In this document: piece after piece, positions 12,984 through 25,100 of the stretch
Layout of the letters: the number at the start of each line of letters is the position of its first letter
Position numbering within the stretch: the stretch's first letter is position 1
Source of the DNA: Tetramitus jugosus
Lineage: Eukaryota > Protista > Heterolobosea
Reading direction: 5' to 3'
NCBI GenBank assembly: GCA_937625935.1
Contig: OW569345.1
Span: 372,001-436,000, forward strand
DNA: 64,000 nucleotides
Translations under genes and position numbers: made by a program
The notes under the pieces: model-generated
What the model was told of the DNA's origin: nothing
Seen by the model: the letters and a program-made list of their open reading frames with translations, nothing else
Databases searched by the model: none

Positions 12984-13265
12984 GATCAAAGTTTCGTTTT
13001 TTTTTGTTGTTCAAGTGGTTTTGTGCACGCTTCAAGCACTGCGGTGAAATCAAGGACCTATGGCGACCTTTCAAATCAAGTGTCGAGCAACTTTGGAAAG
13101 TCTCTTCGATTTTTGGACACGGCTGCGGTTCATGTCTCCTCACCTTTTCAACTCCTCACGATGAAAATAGCAAGTTGAATCTTCCACAAGCCAGTGCAGT
13201 CAGCTTAAACACTCCAGCTTGCTCCGTTCCACCTATCCATCGAGTAAAACAATAACAAATAAAAC

Positions 13266-13523
13266 ATGGGCAGCAAACATAGTTCAAACCTTGATAATCA
13301 ATGGACAAATTACTCCAGGAGAGACAGGCGAAAGTCATTCCAACCTCCCAAGCCAACTCGCGATTATGGCAAAGATCGCCCAAAATCGACAATCATATCA
13401 AGCCAAGTCACTCCTTCATCTCATTCATCTGGTGGTGCGAGCCGTTCGGAGATGAGTGTAGTTGGACACAGGCCACGAACGAACAAGATTTGGTCAAACT
13501 GTTGGGACAATCAACTAGGGTAA
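13266..13523 (+). CDS. Candidate small N-myristoylated protein (85 aa)
   Basis: A-rich start context (aataacaaataaaacATGG) like the real genes here. MGSKHS fits MGxxxS. It fills the gap between PRP17 and AFG3. No recognisable homology. Confidence 0.35.
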   Translation: MGSKHSSNLDNQWTNYSRRDRRKSFQPPKPTRDYGKDRPKSTIISSQVTPSSHSSGGASRSEMSVVGHRPRTNKIWSNCWDNQLG

Positions 13524-13586
13524 ATGCAAGAATTCACTTTTTATATAAAATTAGTATCCGGAGCCCACAAGGCACATGTTAAATCT

Positions 13587-16470
13587 TCACTTTTCATTCT
13601 CAGTCTTCTTTTCGCTTGGTTCAAACTCACCTGGTTTGGTTTGACTTGGATTGACAGCTTCCTCTTCCTCGTCCTCCTTCTCCTCAGGGAATGGCCTTGG
13701 ACCAACAATCTCTCTAAACTCATCCATGCCCATACTTTCATTCCTGAGCAAATAAGCGGCAACATTTTCCAAGAGATTTTTGTTTTCTGTTAAGATCTTC
13801 TCGGTTCTAGCATATGCCTCATCAATAATCTTCTTGACTTCAAAGTCAATCGTTTCGGCTGTACTTTCACTGTAAGGCTTCTGTAGCGAAATTGATGGAT
13901 CGCCAGGAATTGGGAAGCTTACAGGACCAACAGCCTTGCTCATACCAAAAGATGAAACAGCGGCATATGCAATTCTTGTAATCTTTTGCAAGTCATCTTG
14001 GGCACCAGTTGACCAATGTCCAAACATAATTCTCTCAGCGACTCTTCCTCCCAATGCTTGAGCAATAAAGTCCAATAAATGCTCATAAGTACGAATGTAT
14101 GTATCTTGTGGCATGTATTGGGCATATCCCAAGGCCTTTCCTCTTGGAATGATAGAAATCTTGAGCAATGGATCAGTGTATCGTAGGAACCAGGAGGTAA
14201 TAGCATGACCGGCTTCGTGATGAGCAATCACAGCCTTTTCGTGATCTGTTATTGGTAGATTCTTTCTTTCGAGACCTCCAATAACTCTTTCAATGGCCAT
14301 CTCTACATCCTTCACATCAACAGCATCCTTTCCAGCACGAGCGGCAAAGATACCGGCTTCATTACAAACATTGGCAATATCAGCACCAGACATACCGGGA
14401 GTCAATTTGGCCAACTTCCCTAGATTGTCCTTCAATTCATCAGACACTTTAATTTTCTTCAAATGAACCGTAAAAATAGCTTCTCTTTCCTTCTTGTCAG
14501 GCTTATCGACTGTAATTTGTCTGTCGAATCTGCCAGGACGAAGCAAGGCTGCATCCAATCCTTCTGCATCCACATTGGTCGAAGCCATCACAACAATATT
14601 TTCGTTTTCTTTGAAACCGTCCATTTCGACCAACAATTGATTCAATGTGTTCTCTCTTTCGTCATTGCCTCCTCCATACATGCTATTCATGCCTCTAGGT
14701 CGACCAATAGCATCAATTTCATCAATGAAGATAATGGCACCTCCCTTCTCGGCTCTTGCTTTACTAAACAAATCTCTGACACGAGCAGGACCAACACCAA
14801 CAAACATTTCCACAAAATCAGAACCAGACATGCTAAAGAACGGCACATCAGTCTCTCCAGCCAATGCCTTTGCCAATAGGGTCTTTCGTATTACAACATT
14901 GTGAGGGTTAGTTTAGTACATCCATGGATGTGAATGGAGACAAGGACAAAAAGAGTTGCTATTCAAAACATACCTTTCCAGTACCTGGTGGTCCCATGAG
15001 GATGGCACCTCTCGGTGTCTTTGCACCCAACTTTAGATATTGTTTTGGATTCTTCAAAATGGACACAAACTCTGAAATTTCGAGCTTTGCTTCCTCCATG
15101 CCGGCAACATCCTTGAATGAGACCTTGCTCTTTGTAGAGACTGATTGCTTCACCTTTGTTGCGCTCAACAGGGGATTGCCACCTCTGCCCATCATTCGAG
15201 GACCCATCATGAGCAGGGAGATTAAGATAATAGGCTCAAGCATCATGCCGACAACACCGGGCCAGTCAATCTTATTGCGATAGATAATCTTTGTGCTTCG
15301 TGATGGTGGAATACCAAGATCAATCTCAGCTTCTTGCAACTTTCTCTCAAAATCCTCTGCACTCATCGTAGTAAAGTAGCATGAGGCACCAGAGGATGGA
15401 CCACCGGGTTGCGTGCTCGCACGGGATGATCGAGAAGACGAAGATGATGATGGATGATCCTTGAAATCATTTTCTCGATTTGCTTCGAATTCATCACGTG
15501 AAGAATATGTGTGTGATCTTTCATTTGAGCTCATGTACACGTACACTCTCTTTTGCTGCATATCAAACTCCAAATGATCCAACTTTGGATTTGTCAAATA
15601 ATCTCTGAGGAAAGCCTGGAATGTGATTTGATTGGATGATGCAGGAGTCGTGAATTGATTGTACAAGTGAGTTGCTCCAAGTGCTGCCAACAAAGCCAAT
15701 GTGACTCTGATCATTGCCTATATTCATTCATTCATTCGTTGCACATGTTGCCCGATACAAATTGATCGAATGCGTGCGCAACAATACGTCATGAGAGAAA
15801 TAGAGTAGTGTGTGAGCCATCAATGGTCGTGCGAAACAAAAATTGTCAATTGCAAAAGGCATACCTTTGGATCGGCTTCGTCCGGCAGCGTTCCTGCGGT
15901 CTGTTTCTTTTTTTGATCCTTTTTCTTCTTCTTGTTGGCTTCTTCTTCTTCTTCTTCATTCTCTTCCTCTTCTTCCTTCTTCTCTTTGTCTTCTTCTTTT
16001 TCTTTCTTGTTCTTTTCTTCTTGCTTTGTTTGTTGTTCATGTTGTTCCTCTTCCTTCTTCTTCTTTTTATCTGATGATTGTGCCTTGTTGTCCGAATCTA
16101 CAGTTGGTGGTGGTGGTGTTGATGATGATGAAGATGATGATGACGCCTTATTTTGTTGTTCTTCTTCAGAAACGAGAGACCATGAGTGAAATTGTTGTTG
16201 ATATTTTACATGATGATTCAAAACACTAATGGGACTACTCCCTCCATAGAATAATCGATTGGTCTTGTGCTGATGGTGAATATTATTGAATAATGAAGGT
16301 TTGCTTATCATTGGATTTGTTGCGATCACAGTAGCACTGCTGCTCATGTGCTTGTTATGATTTAGCTGAAGTTGTTTGGAAGCAGCTGTTGATTGGTGAT
16401 GATTGCTGCTGCGAGTCACAATTGTCTGTAACAATGACCTCTTACAGGACACTGTGTTTATTCGTCGCAT
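13587..16470 (-). CDS. AFG3: Mitochondrial m-AAA protease subunit (AFG3/paraplegin, FtsH family), 3 exons
   Basis: Exons 16470-15865, 15717-14974, 14882-13587. Presequence, two TM segments, Walker A GPPGTGK|T, Walker B IIFIDEID, SRH ALLRPGRFDR, zinc motif HEAGH, STGAQDDL and KPYSE. Confidence 0.93.
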
Positions 16471-16746
16471 TTCTCTCTTTGGTTCAAGTTCGTTTCGATG
16501 ATGCTGGAATTGTTTGGTTAAAAAAAAATTTGTTTTGTTTTGCCACCAGAAAATGCGCATTAGTTTCTCCTCTCTCGTTTTCACAAGTCTATTGATAGAG
16601 AGAATTTGCGATTGGAATTTTGCCGCATAATCCCGATCGCCACGATGCACTCGGACAAAAATCTTTCACAGCATCACGAACCCAAGTGCCAAAACAAACG
16701 CGTGTCCAACACAAATCATCACCACACAACCAACTTTTTTCAAGAA

Positions 16747-17570
16747 ATGAATACCAAGATCATTGTTGCTGCCTTCCTTTTGCTGATTGCTACCTTTGTT
16801 GTCGCTCAACAAAAAGCTCTTATTGAAGATTTCAAATTGGTCGATTTTATCAATGGGTATGGATGAGGATGATCACTTTTTTTTGCTTGTTCTTAAGATG
16901 ATCATCTATATGGGTTGTGACTCACACACAATCTTCTATGATGTACAGTGACTGGAACATTGAAAAGACAACTCGTGTCTACTCCAAGTCTGCTGCTGCT
17001 GACAAGGTTGTGACCACTGGTCAATTGAACTTTACTACAAATGCTGCTCCACTCGAAGAAACAAAGGACGTTGAAGAATCAATTACCTTGTCATCCATCT
17101 TTGTTCAATCAAAGTTTGGTGATCATGGTCAAGTGGATCCATTGTTGGAAGAGAGTGCATCCGAAGAACAAGAAGGCACTGAAGAAACAGAAGAAGAATC
17201 TTCTCAAGATGAAGAAGTCAGAGTAGAGATTTTTGATGCTACAACTGGATCATTGACATTGAACAAGACAACCTATGAATTGAACTTTAGTGCATTGCAA
17301 ACAGGAGCTGTTGCCTCCATCTCTGAGCACTTGAAGTTCTTTATCATCAACAAGAATCAATTCTTTGTTGTTGTTTCTCAAGTTGCTGAAGATGGATCCG
17401 TGACTGAACAAGTCTGGTCTGCTGAAAGAGTGTCCGAAGGTAAGCAATTGAGCTTCTTCCAAAAGTATGGAACAAGTTTGATGCTTGGTGGATTCTTCTT
17501 GGTGAGCAACATTTTCAAGAAGGCTGCCCCTACTCCAGCTGCTGCACCAGCTGCTGCCGCTGCTCAATAA
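16747..17570 (+). CDS. Type I single-pass secretory/ER membrane protein (tail resembles EMC10), 2 exons
   Basis: Exons 16747-16856 and 16949-17570. Signal peptide MNTKIIVAAFLLLIATFVVA, luminal domain, then SFFQKYGTSLMLGGFFLV (TM) and an Ala/Pro tail. Strong codon bias. Confidence 0.75.
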
Positions 17571-17804
17571 ATATATACTCATTCAATGGATATGGAGATG
17601 TTTCTTGTTTGACTGTCGAATTGTAAAGGAATGATGTATGTTGAATTCAACCTCCGACAATTTTGGCGGCAAGAAATGATCGTTACATAGTTTTCTCCAT
17701 GACGCGTAGTGCTCGAGCTTGCTCTGTCAATAAAAACAAAGTAAGCGATCATCTTGGCAAGAGAGAAAGAGAGCTCTACACACAATATTTTATTTATCGA
17801 GCTC

Positions 17805-19709
17805 ATGAGCGAACAATCGTCACCTATTGAATATCAAGCCATTCAAGTTGTTGTTCGAATACGACCCAATATTAACAATAAGGCCAAAGTGAGTAAATTT
17901 ATTGACTCACAGCAACAGGATGCTCGCTTCGTCTGTACCAAAGACTCCATCGAATGCATATCGTCACTCGGTGGAACAACCACTTATCAGTTTAGTGCTG
18001 TTTATGGTGCCAATACGACACAGACCGAATTGTTTAATAATGAATTAAGACCCTATTTGAGTGATTTGAAACGTGGTGTGAATCAATCTGTATTCTGTTA
18101 TGGTATCACGGGCGCAGGAAAGGTATGAATAGTTCATTATTGTTGTATGTGACCTGTTGCATGTACTAACCCTAGTCGATGACTGTCAAAGACTTTTACA
18201 ATGACCGGGGATTATCAAACCGAGACATCAAACGACCGTGGAATCATACCAAGAACGATTCAATATCTCTTGACAAAATACAAGAAGAATGCAATGCAAG
18301 TTTCGATCACCGAGCTCTACAACGAGAAATTGTATGATTTACTGAAGAATGATAGCACAAAGGCGAATAATGATCTACCGATTCGAGAGGATCAATCGGG
18401 AGTGATTGTAGTTCCAGGATTAACACAAAAACCAATCGCATCATTGAGTGAGTTCACTCAACTGTTCAAAGTGGCTTCGAATCGAAGGTCAACTGCTCCT
18501 ACTCTATTGAATAAGGAGTCATCTCGGTCTCATTCCATCTTAACGATATATCTCAATGAACTATGCAAGATTCACTTGATTGATTTAGCTGGATCAGAAG
18601 ATAACCGACAAACGGGAAATACAGGGAAACAATTGTTGGAATCAGTGAACATTAATAAGTCTCTGTTTCAGTTGAGAAAGGTTGTTGATTCGTTGCATAA
18701 TAACTCAACAGGATCAAAGAGACAAGTCCATGTAGCGTATAGAGATTCAAAGTTAACGCGACTTTTGCAGGATTCGCTTGGTGGGTCCAGCAAAACAATT
18801 GTGATAGCAAACATATCTGAGGAAAAGGATTACTTTGTTCAAACATGTAAGACACTTCAGTTCGCAGCCAAAACCAAAACCATTATCAACCGAGTAGCTC
18901 CAACAATGCAAGAGATTTCTCTGCCACAAAAGGTTGTCGATAAGAAGAGTAGTGTGACATGTCCTGCGCCAGCTCCAATTAGCCGCATTCGAAAAGAAAG
19001 CACTACCATCACACCAGTAATTGGAAAAGAGTTTATTGAGAGATTAGAGCGATTGGAAAATGTATTCAAGGAAAGCACAATCAAAAGTGAGTCTGCGCCA
19101 GTTATACCAAAGTCGTTGCCAAAAACGATACTTAAACGTACTGTAGATTTGATTTCATCAGACGAAGAGCTGGATGATCCCCATGACAAAGAAAACTTGC
19201 ACCCAAACAAACGGAAACGAATCAATCCAATGATGAGTGTTCCTTCTGATCTGGACTGCAAGAAACCACAACATCAACTGCAGTCTGCTGCAGATCTCCT
19301 TACTCCTCGTTCAAAACACAAGGAGGCAAAAACACTGCTAAAGAAAGGTAACACATATCTAAGCGAGCGCAATTTCCAGAAAGCATATTATTACTATAAC
19401 CAAGCAAGTATGCTCATACCTGAGAATGATAAACTTCAACAGAAAGTTGATCAGATCCGAAAGAAAGCTCGATTATTTACAAACGAAGAGATTCTACTCA
19501 AGTTTATACGAGAGTGTAAAGCAGGCAGCATATTTGATCTTAATGGCGTTGGAGCTAAGAAAGGTCAAAGGCTTCTTGACCTTCGCGATGCAGGAGGCAT
19601 AACATCAATACCCGATCTTTGTACAGCAGGACTTTGGAGCGAGAAAAACATTGGCCAATTCATTAGCTCTAACATAGATATATGCAAAAAAGAATTAAAT
19701 TTGCTATGA
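17805..19709 (+). CDS. KIF22: Kinesin-10 chromokinesin (KIF22/Kid-like), 2 exons
   Basis: Exons 17805-18122 and 18192-19709. Motor motifs VVVRIRP, YGITGAGK|T, SSRSH, LIDLAGSEDNR, YRDSKLTRLLQDSLGG. C-terminal helix-hairpin-helix DLNGVGAKKG and a KEN box. Confidence 0.88.
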
Positions 19710-19720
19710 GTACATCCTAT

Positions 19721-20683
19721 TTATTGAAGTTGCAATACTATGTATGTTACTTCTTTTTCTCCGGGCTTGCGAATCTCTCGCAACCGCTTTAGATGTCTAA
19801 GTACTTGTATACTTGCTTTACCTGATGAGTCGAAACGATACTTAGAGCTCAACAGTTCCTGTTCTGAGAAAAATTGGTGATTGTTGAAAGATTTACAATC
19901 TCTCCTGAGCTGTCGCACTCTGTTCACTTGATTTGCGTTTAGTTTGGCGTCTGGAACAGTCAGCAAATGATATTTCTTCGCAAGTAATTCGTTCATAATC
20001 CTCACAGATTCATTAATCTTGGCACTGTTCAATCTGGACTTTATGTACTTGGGAACTGTGATCATTTCCTCATCTGATACTTCAGTGATCAAGTGCACAG
20101 AACTGTCACAGTTGTTAATAGGCTCCTCCTTCGTCATTTTTTCGTTGTTGTCCTCGTCACTCCGAGATCTCTTGCTTAGTCTTTGAAGATTTGAAGACGA
20201 TGACTTCACAGATTCTTCTCCGCCATGATCCTCACTGTATGAGCGGTTATTATTCTGATTGTGAAGCTGGAGTGAAGCTTTTGACAGCGTTTCCCGACCA
20301 CTACTTACTGTTGTTGTTGTTGAGGGTGATACATCATGATTAGGAGATGCAGCACACTGTCTTTCCTGAATATTCGGCTCCAATGAATACATTAGATAAT
20401 CTCTTTGCTTCTCTGCCAACAATCTCAACTCTTGCACTTTTGAGATGTACGGTCTCTCTAATTCCAGAGAGTGTTTCATCTGTTTTACCCAGCTTTCTAA
20501 ACGAGTCAACTCAGAGTCCAATTCACACAATAGCCGCACATCGTCATCTGCTGACGTTGCAACTTGTTCTTCTTGTGCAACTGGATCCACAACAGCAGTG
20601 TTTGAAATGTTAATTAGACATTTCAGATTCTCAACCTTGTCAACAATTGGCAACACAAATTCAAAATAGGACATCTGTGACAT
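19721..20683 (-). CDS. SKA1: Spindle and kinetochore-associated protein 1
   Basis: N-terminal coiled coil. The C-terminal microtubule-binding domain VPKYIKSRL...INE...KKY...FFSEQEL...LRHLKRLREIR matches SKA1 (DUF1395). Confidence 0.88.
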   Translation of the reverse strand: MSQMSYFEFVLPIVDKVENLKCLINISNTAVVDPVAQEEQVATSADDDVRLLCELDSELTRLESWVKQMKHSLELERPYISKVQELRLLAEKQRDYLMYSLEPNIQERQCAASPNHDVSPSTTTTVSSGRETLSKASLQLHNQNNNRSYSEDHGGEESVKSSSSNLQRLSKRSRSDEDNNEKMTKEEPINNCDSSVHLITEVSDEEMITVPKYIKSRLNSAKINESVRIMNELLAKKYHLLTVPDAKLNANQVNRVRQLRRDCKSFNNHQFFSEQELLSSKYRFDSSGKASIQVLRHLKRLREIRKPGEKEVTYIVLQLQ

Positions 20684-20786
20684 TTCTATGGGTTTGGGTT
20701 TGGGTCAGTTTGCAGTTATTGTTCTTGTTTTATCGCGCCTTTTTTATTCAATCTTTCGTTACCAAAAATTGGCGGTAAAAATTTCT

Positions 20787-22034
20787 TTAGTGGGCAATGC
20801 TGAGTCGTGTGAGGATGGAGGACAAGATGGCTCTGTTGCCCGTTTTGAGTGAGTTTGCCAGATTGGGTAAGAGTTGAGGTGAGTGCGCATGGAGAGCCAA
20901 TATCTGTTCATCGGACAAGCTCTCATTGACAAGCTTCAACAGGTCGAGTCTACACTTTGGAGAATGTGCAACGAATTGAAGTGCCATCTCTTCTGTAATC
21001 GGAACGCCGAGATCCATACAGTCAAAGAATATCACATCAACCATTTCTGTTTGCGATTCAAATGCCTTCAACATGTGAGCAAATGTCGTTGTGTTTGCCT
21101 TCAACGGTTTCATCAAATTTCCATTCTCATCGATCACATCTCTCTCATCCAACAACATCTTGTCATTGTCTTCTGCTGCATCTTCATCATCGTACACCTC
21201 TTCCTCGACAATTTGTTGAAAGGGAAACTCTTCAGTCAGCTTTTCATACTCTGCCGGTGTCATTGGTGGTTGTTGAATCGGGTCACTCACATCATTGCTG
21301 CTCGCGCTTTCCATTCGATCCGTAAATCTCTTTTCATCCTGTACGAGCTCCGCATAGAGCTGGACCATTGAGTCGTAATCCCCACTCATTGCCAACTGTT
21401 TCATCATGTCATTGTACATGTCCAATGTGAGAAGAACGTGATGATCGGATGCGAGTCGAACAACAGCCTCCATATCTTCAACACGCTTGCAACACAAGAC
21501 AAGCAAGTGAATCAATTGTTCGTCAATTGTAATTGTGGAGAAGTAACGAGTGATAATGGTGAGTGCATTCTCCAAGTCCTTCTTTGGAACACATTGCAAC
21601 AATTGTTTCAACACAATGTCACCACTGTGGCGCAGAGTGGATAGCAACATTTCAGATGTACTTTCATTGGATGACGACAAACCTTTGGTCGTGTTCATGA
21701 ACAGTTGGAGCAGCTGTTGTTGTTCATTGGATGATGATTCATTGGCAGAAACAGCAGATGAGTCACTTGATATCATATCACTTGTAACGACTGTTGATTG
21801 TTGTTGTGTAAAGTGAGTTGAAAAAGATTGAGCCCTCTTGTGCTGATGATGATGATGCAACAGTGTGTGGGTATGGCTTTTGCTATTGTGATGATTTGTC
21901 AAAGTCATCTTGAGAACACTGTTGGGTTGGTGATTCAAAATGGTGTGAATTGATCGAGAATTTGTTGTTGGAGAACATTTGGTGGAGAGATTTTTGACTC
22001 GCAGGAGCACTGAACGACGCAATTGTTGAATCAT
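20787..22034 (-). CDS. Mitochondrion-targeted pentatricopeptide-repeat (PPR)-like protein
   Basis: Presequence MIQQLRRSVLLRVK. PPR-like motifs TLDMYNDMMKQLAMSGDYDSMVQLYAEL and ANTTTFAHMLKAF. Confidence 0.65.
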   Translation of the reverse strand: MIQQLRRSVLLRVKNLSTKCSPTTNSRSIHTILNHQPNSVLKMTLTNHHNSKSHTHTLLHHHHQHKRAQSFSTHFTQQQSTVVTSDMISSDSSAVSANESSSNEQQQLLQLFMNTTKGLSSSNESTSEMLLSTLRHSGDIVLKQLLQCVPKKDLENALTIITRYFSTITIDEQLIHLLVLCCKRVEDMEAVVRLASDHHVLLTLDMYNDMMKQLAMSGDYDSMVQLYAELVQDEKRFTDRMESASSNDVSDPIQQPPMTPAEYEKLTEEFPFQQIVEEEVYDDEDAAEDNDKMLLDERDVIDENGNLMKPLKANTTTFAHMLKAFESQTEMVDVIFFDCMDLGVPITEEMALQFVAHSPKCRLDLLKLVNESLSDEQILALHAHSPQLLPNLANSLKTGNRAILSSILTRLSIAH

Positions 22035-22107
22035 TTTGTGAATTCTTCTTTTTGTTGTTGGTTGTTTTTCCGATGTGTGAAAGGGAGAAATGAGCACTGT
22101 ATTCTCC

Positions 22108-25100
22108 TCACTCGTTGTCGTTCAGTCTCTCCAGTATGTCCTTCTGCAGTCTTTGAATTTTCAGCTCCAAATCATAGGACTCTGATTCAGAGCCACTCAG
22201 TAAATCGCTCTGAAAGGAATCATCCTTTGACAAAGCAAAAAACGACGGATTAGAATCGGTGTTGTCCAAGAGTTCTTTCTTCTTCTCTTCGAACCTTTCT
22301 TGCTCTTCTCTGATTTTTCTTTTGCTTTCCTCTATGAACTCCTTTTCTCTTTGGAACTTCTTTAGATTTTCAGGTTCCTTAACCAAAGAAGTTTGACTGC
22401 TATCTTCACAACTACTTGACATCTCCTCTATGGAGATTGGATAGTAACGATAATCAACAATACTTTTCGTCTCTTCTTCTGAAGGTGTTTCTTTCTCTTG
22501 AAATAGATCAAATTCATACCTGGTCTTTCTGGTTGTTTCCATATCATTCACTCTGTTCTTCAACTTTCCAACGAGATCGAGAAGAGATGTTATTCTGTCG
22601 TCACACTGCCGATTTTCTTTTACTTTCACTTTTTGAAGGTGTTGTAACTCAATGTTCTGCTCTCTATCTTTATCATCGAGTAATCTTCGCAAAGAGTCAC
22701 AAACGCCTAAAGATGAATCTAATTTTTGTTGCAAATTGTCGATGGTTGCCTCATGAACTACTACCAACTTATTCAATCGCTCAATTTCGAGAGTTTTTTC
22801 ATTAACAATTCCTTGGAGTGTTTGAATTGCATACTGAGCGTTTTGAATCTCAATCATCTTCTCAAGTGAAGAGTCGGAATCTTCCACTCTCGAGTTAAGA
22901 AGTGACTTTAACCGAGTAATCTCGATTTCCCCATCTGCAACCTGATTTTTCAAGTATTCTACTTCCCTTTTTAACGATGCTTGAATAGTGTTGTTTTCCT
23001 CCCGAGATTTCATATCAACTGTGAACTTATTTTCTTTTTCAATGATTATTGCTCTTTCTCTCGCCAACTCTGCGGTAAGATCGTGGATTCTTTGTACCAA
23101 AGAAAGATTTTCGACTTCAAGATGGGATATATGAGAATCTTTCTGTAGTCCCTTCTCTGTCTCTGATTGAATATATTCGGTGCAAATCTCAAGCCTCCTC
23201 CTCACCGAGGTTGTTAACCTTGTAATCCAATGGAAGAAACTTTTTCTTAACTTTTGTCGACCAATTCTCTCAACGTGTTGCTCGTACAAACGCTCGATGT
23301 TCGATACTCTCAATACTTCACTTCTCCATTTTGTAAAGCATCTTCTTTTCGCATTTTCTAAACCTTTTCTTTCTCTATATGAGATCAAGGCTTCCATAGA
23401 CTTATCCCAGGTCCTTTTCGCACACTTCAAAGTCCATCTCCTGAACAGAATCTTTGTGTAAAACAATGTGCAAGTAAATGTTTCCTCTCGTTTTTTCTTC
23501 ATTTCCTCCCAATGTATGTGGAGGGATAACAGAACCTTTTGTTTCACTTGAATAAAGTAAAAGTTGATTGCCCTTAAATACGTCAATTTTGTCTGTTTAG
23601 CACTCTTCGCATACAAACTGATGGATGAGAAGGCTTTCTTCAGTATTTTTTGGTAGCCCACATTCACTAGAGCAAGAACTCCTTCTCTCCTATTTACTCG
23701 TTCGCTAGTTTTGGTTCGCCACAATTGAAACCATATCCTCTTTGTGCTATCTCTCTGTTTGATCTGTACGAGATCGAAGCTATGTTTTTCCCCAACCTTC
23801 TTTTTGAAAATGCATTCCCATAACTTGAACTGCCTAACTTTATGCCTATATCTGACATACACTTCTAATGCTCGAGACCTCTCCTCAAAAATCAATTTTC
23901 TCTCTCGAGTGTAAGTAGACAATACAGCGAAGGATTTTCGAATTAAAAGTAAGTTCATTTGATCTTCTCTTTCGATTAGTTTATCTTCCGATAGAAGCAC
24001 TCTCGTTTGATATTGTTGAGTCCATACTTGGAAGAATCTTCTCTTTTGCTTCTCCTCGATGGCTGAATGCAACTTATTTTGAGAGATCTTGAAACAGGAT
24101 TGACACTTCGAATACAACTTCAAACAATTGAATGATTCCTTCAATACGATAGCTCTTCTCTCTTCAGAAATTTTTCTTATTCCCTTTGATTGATTCATAT
24201 AAATCCTTAAGTTTTTCAAACATGTTCGAACAATGAAAAGATCCCTTCTCAACTCAACTCGTTTGGAGAAACAAGCAACTTTAAAACGAGTTTTCCATAC
24301 TTGGAACAATCTCTCTCGAACTGATGAGTTTCTTTTTTCGCGTATCCTATTGGTTGTGTGGGAAAAGAATCTTGCTCGTCTAATGGAAGATAGAAGCCCA
24401 TAAAAGAACTTCTCGACAACTCTCCTCGAATAAAATCTATCCGCAATCTCTTTGTTTCTTTCCTCTCGAATCATATCATTAAGCTGGTGCCCATAATGAC
24501 CTGCCACTTTGTTTAACTTGTCAGCCTCTGAAGAGAACGAGATAATGTCTGATTGGGCTGAAGTCAGAAGATCTTCTAAATTGTTATGAGACGCCTTCAT
24601 TTGCCGCAGTTCGTCGTCTAAGTAATGTTGTTTCTTGATGTAACTGCTTATCAATTCATTCTTCTCCTCAAGCTCTCTGGTGAGGTTGTTCATCTCGAGA
24701 GTTCTTTGATTTTCAATGTGATGCTTCTCTTTTTGAAGACTCTGCATCATCTCTTTAAGTATCCTAGTTTCCTCCAAATATTCTTCGTGTTTCCTCTGTG
24801 CTTTTTGAATATTTCTCTGATTTTGGATTTTGTATTGTTCCAATTTCCCACGCAGCACTGTATTGATCTCAAACAACTCTCCCTCAACAGAATCATTGTA
24901 TCCAAGTTTGGTCTGTTGAACCGAATTATTATCTTGCACCTCAATTTTGGTTGGGGTAGCCGGATCGGACTGTTTAGGAGGCAATGAGTGCACCAGGGTG
25001 GGACCGTAATCCGGTTTAGATTGAGGTATCTCACCAATATACTTGTCTGGTCGATGAATCATTGATCGGCGCTTCTTTTCAGGAGCTTGAAATGAAGAGA

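Noticed and set aside
20787-22034. PPR protein as a DYW-type RNA editing factor
   Set aside because: Only one or two recognisable repeats, and no HxE...CxxC deaminase or DYW end.
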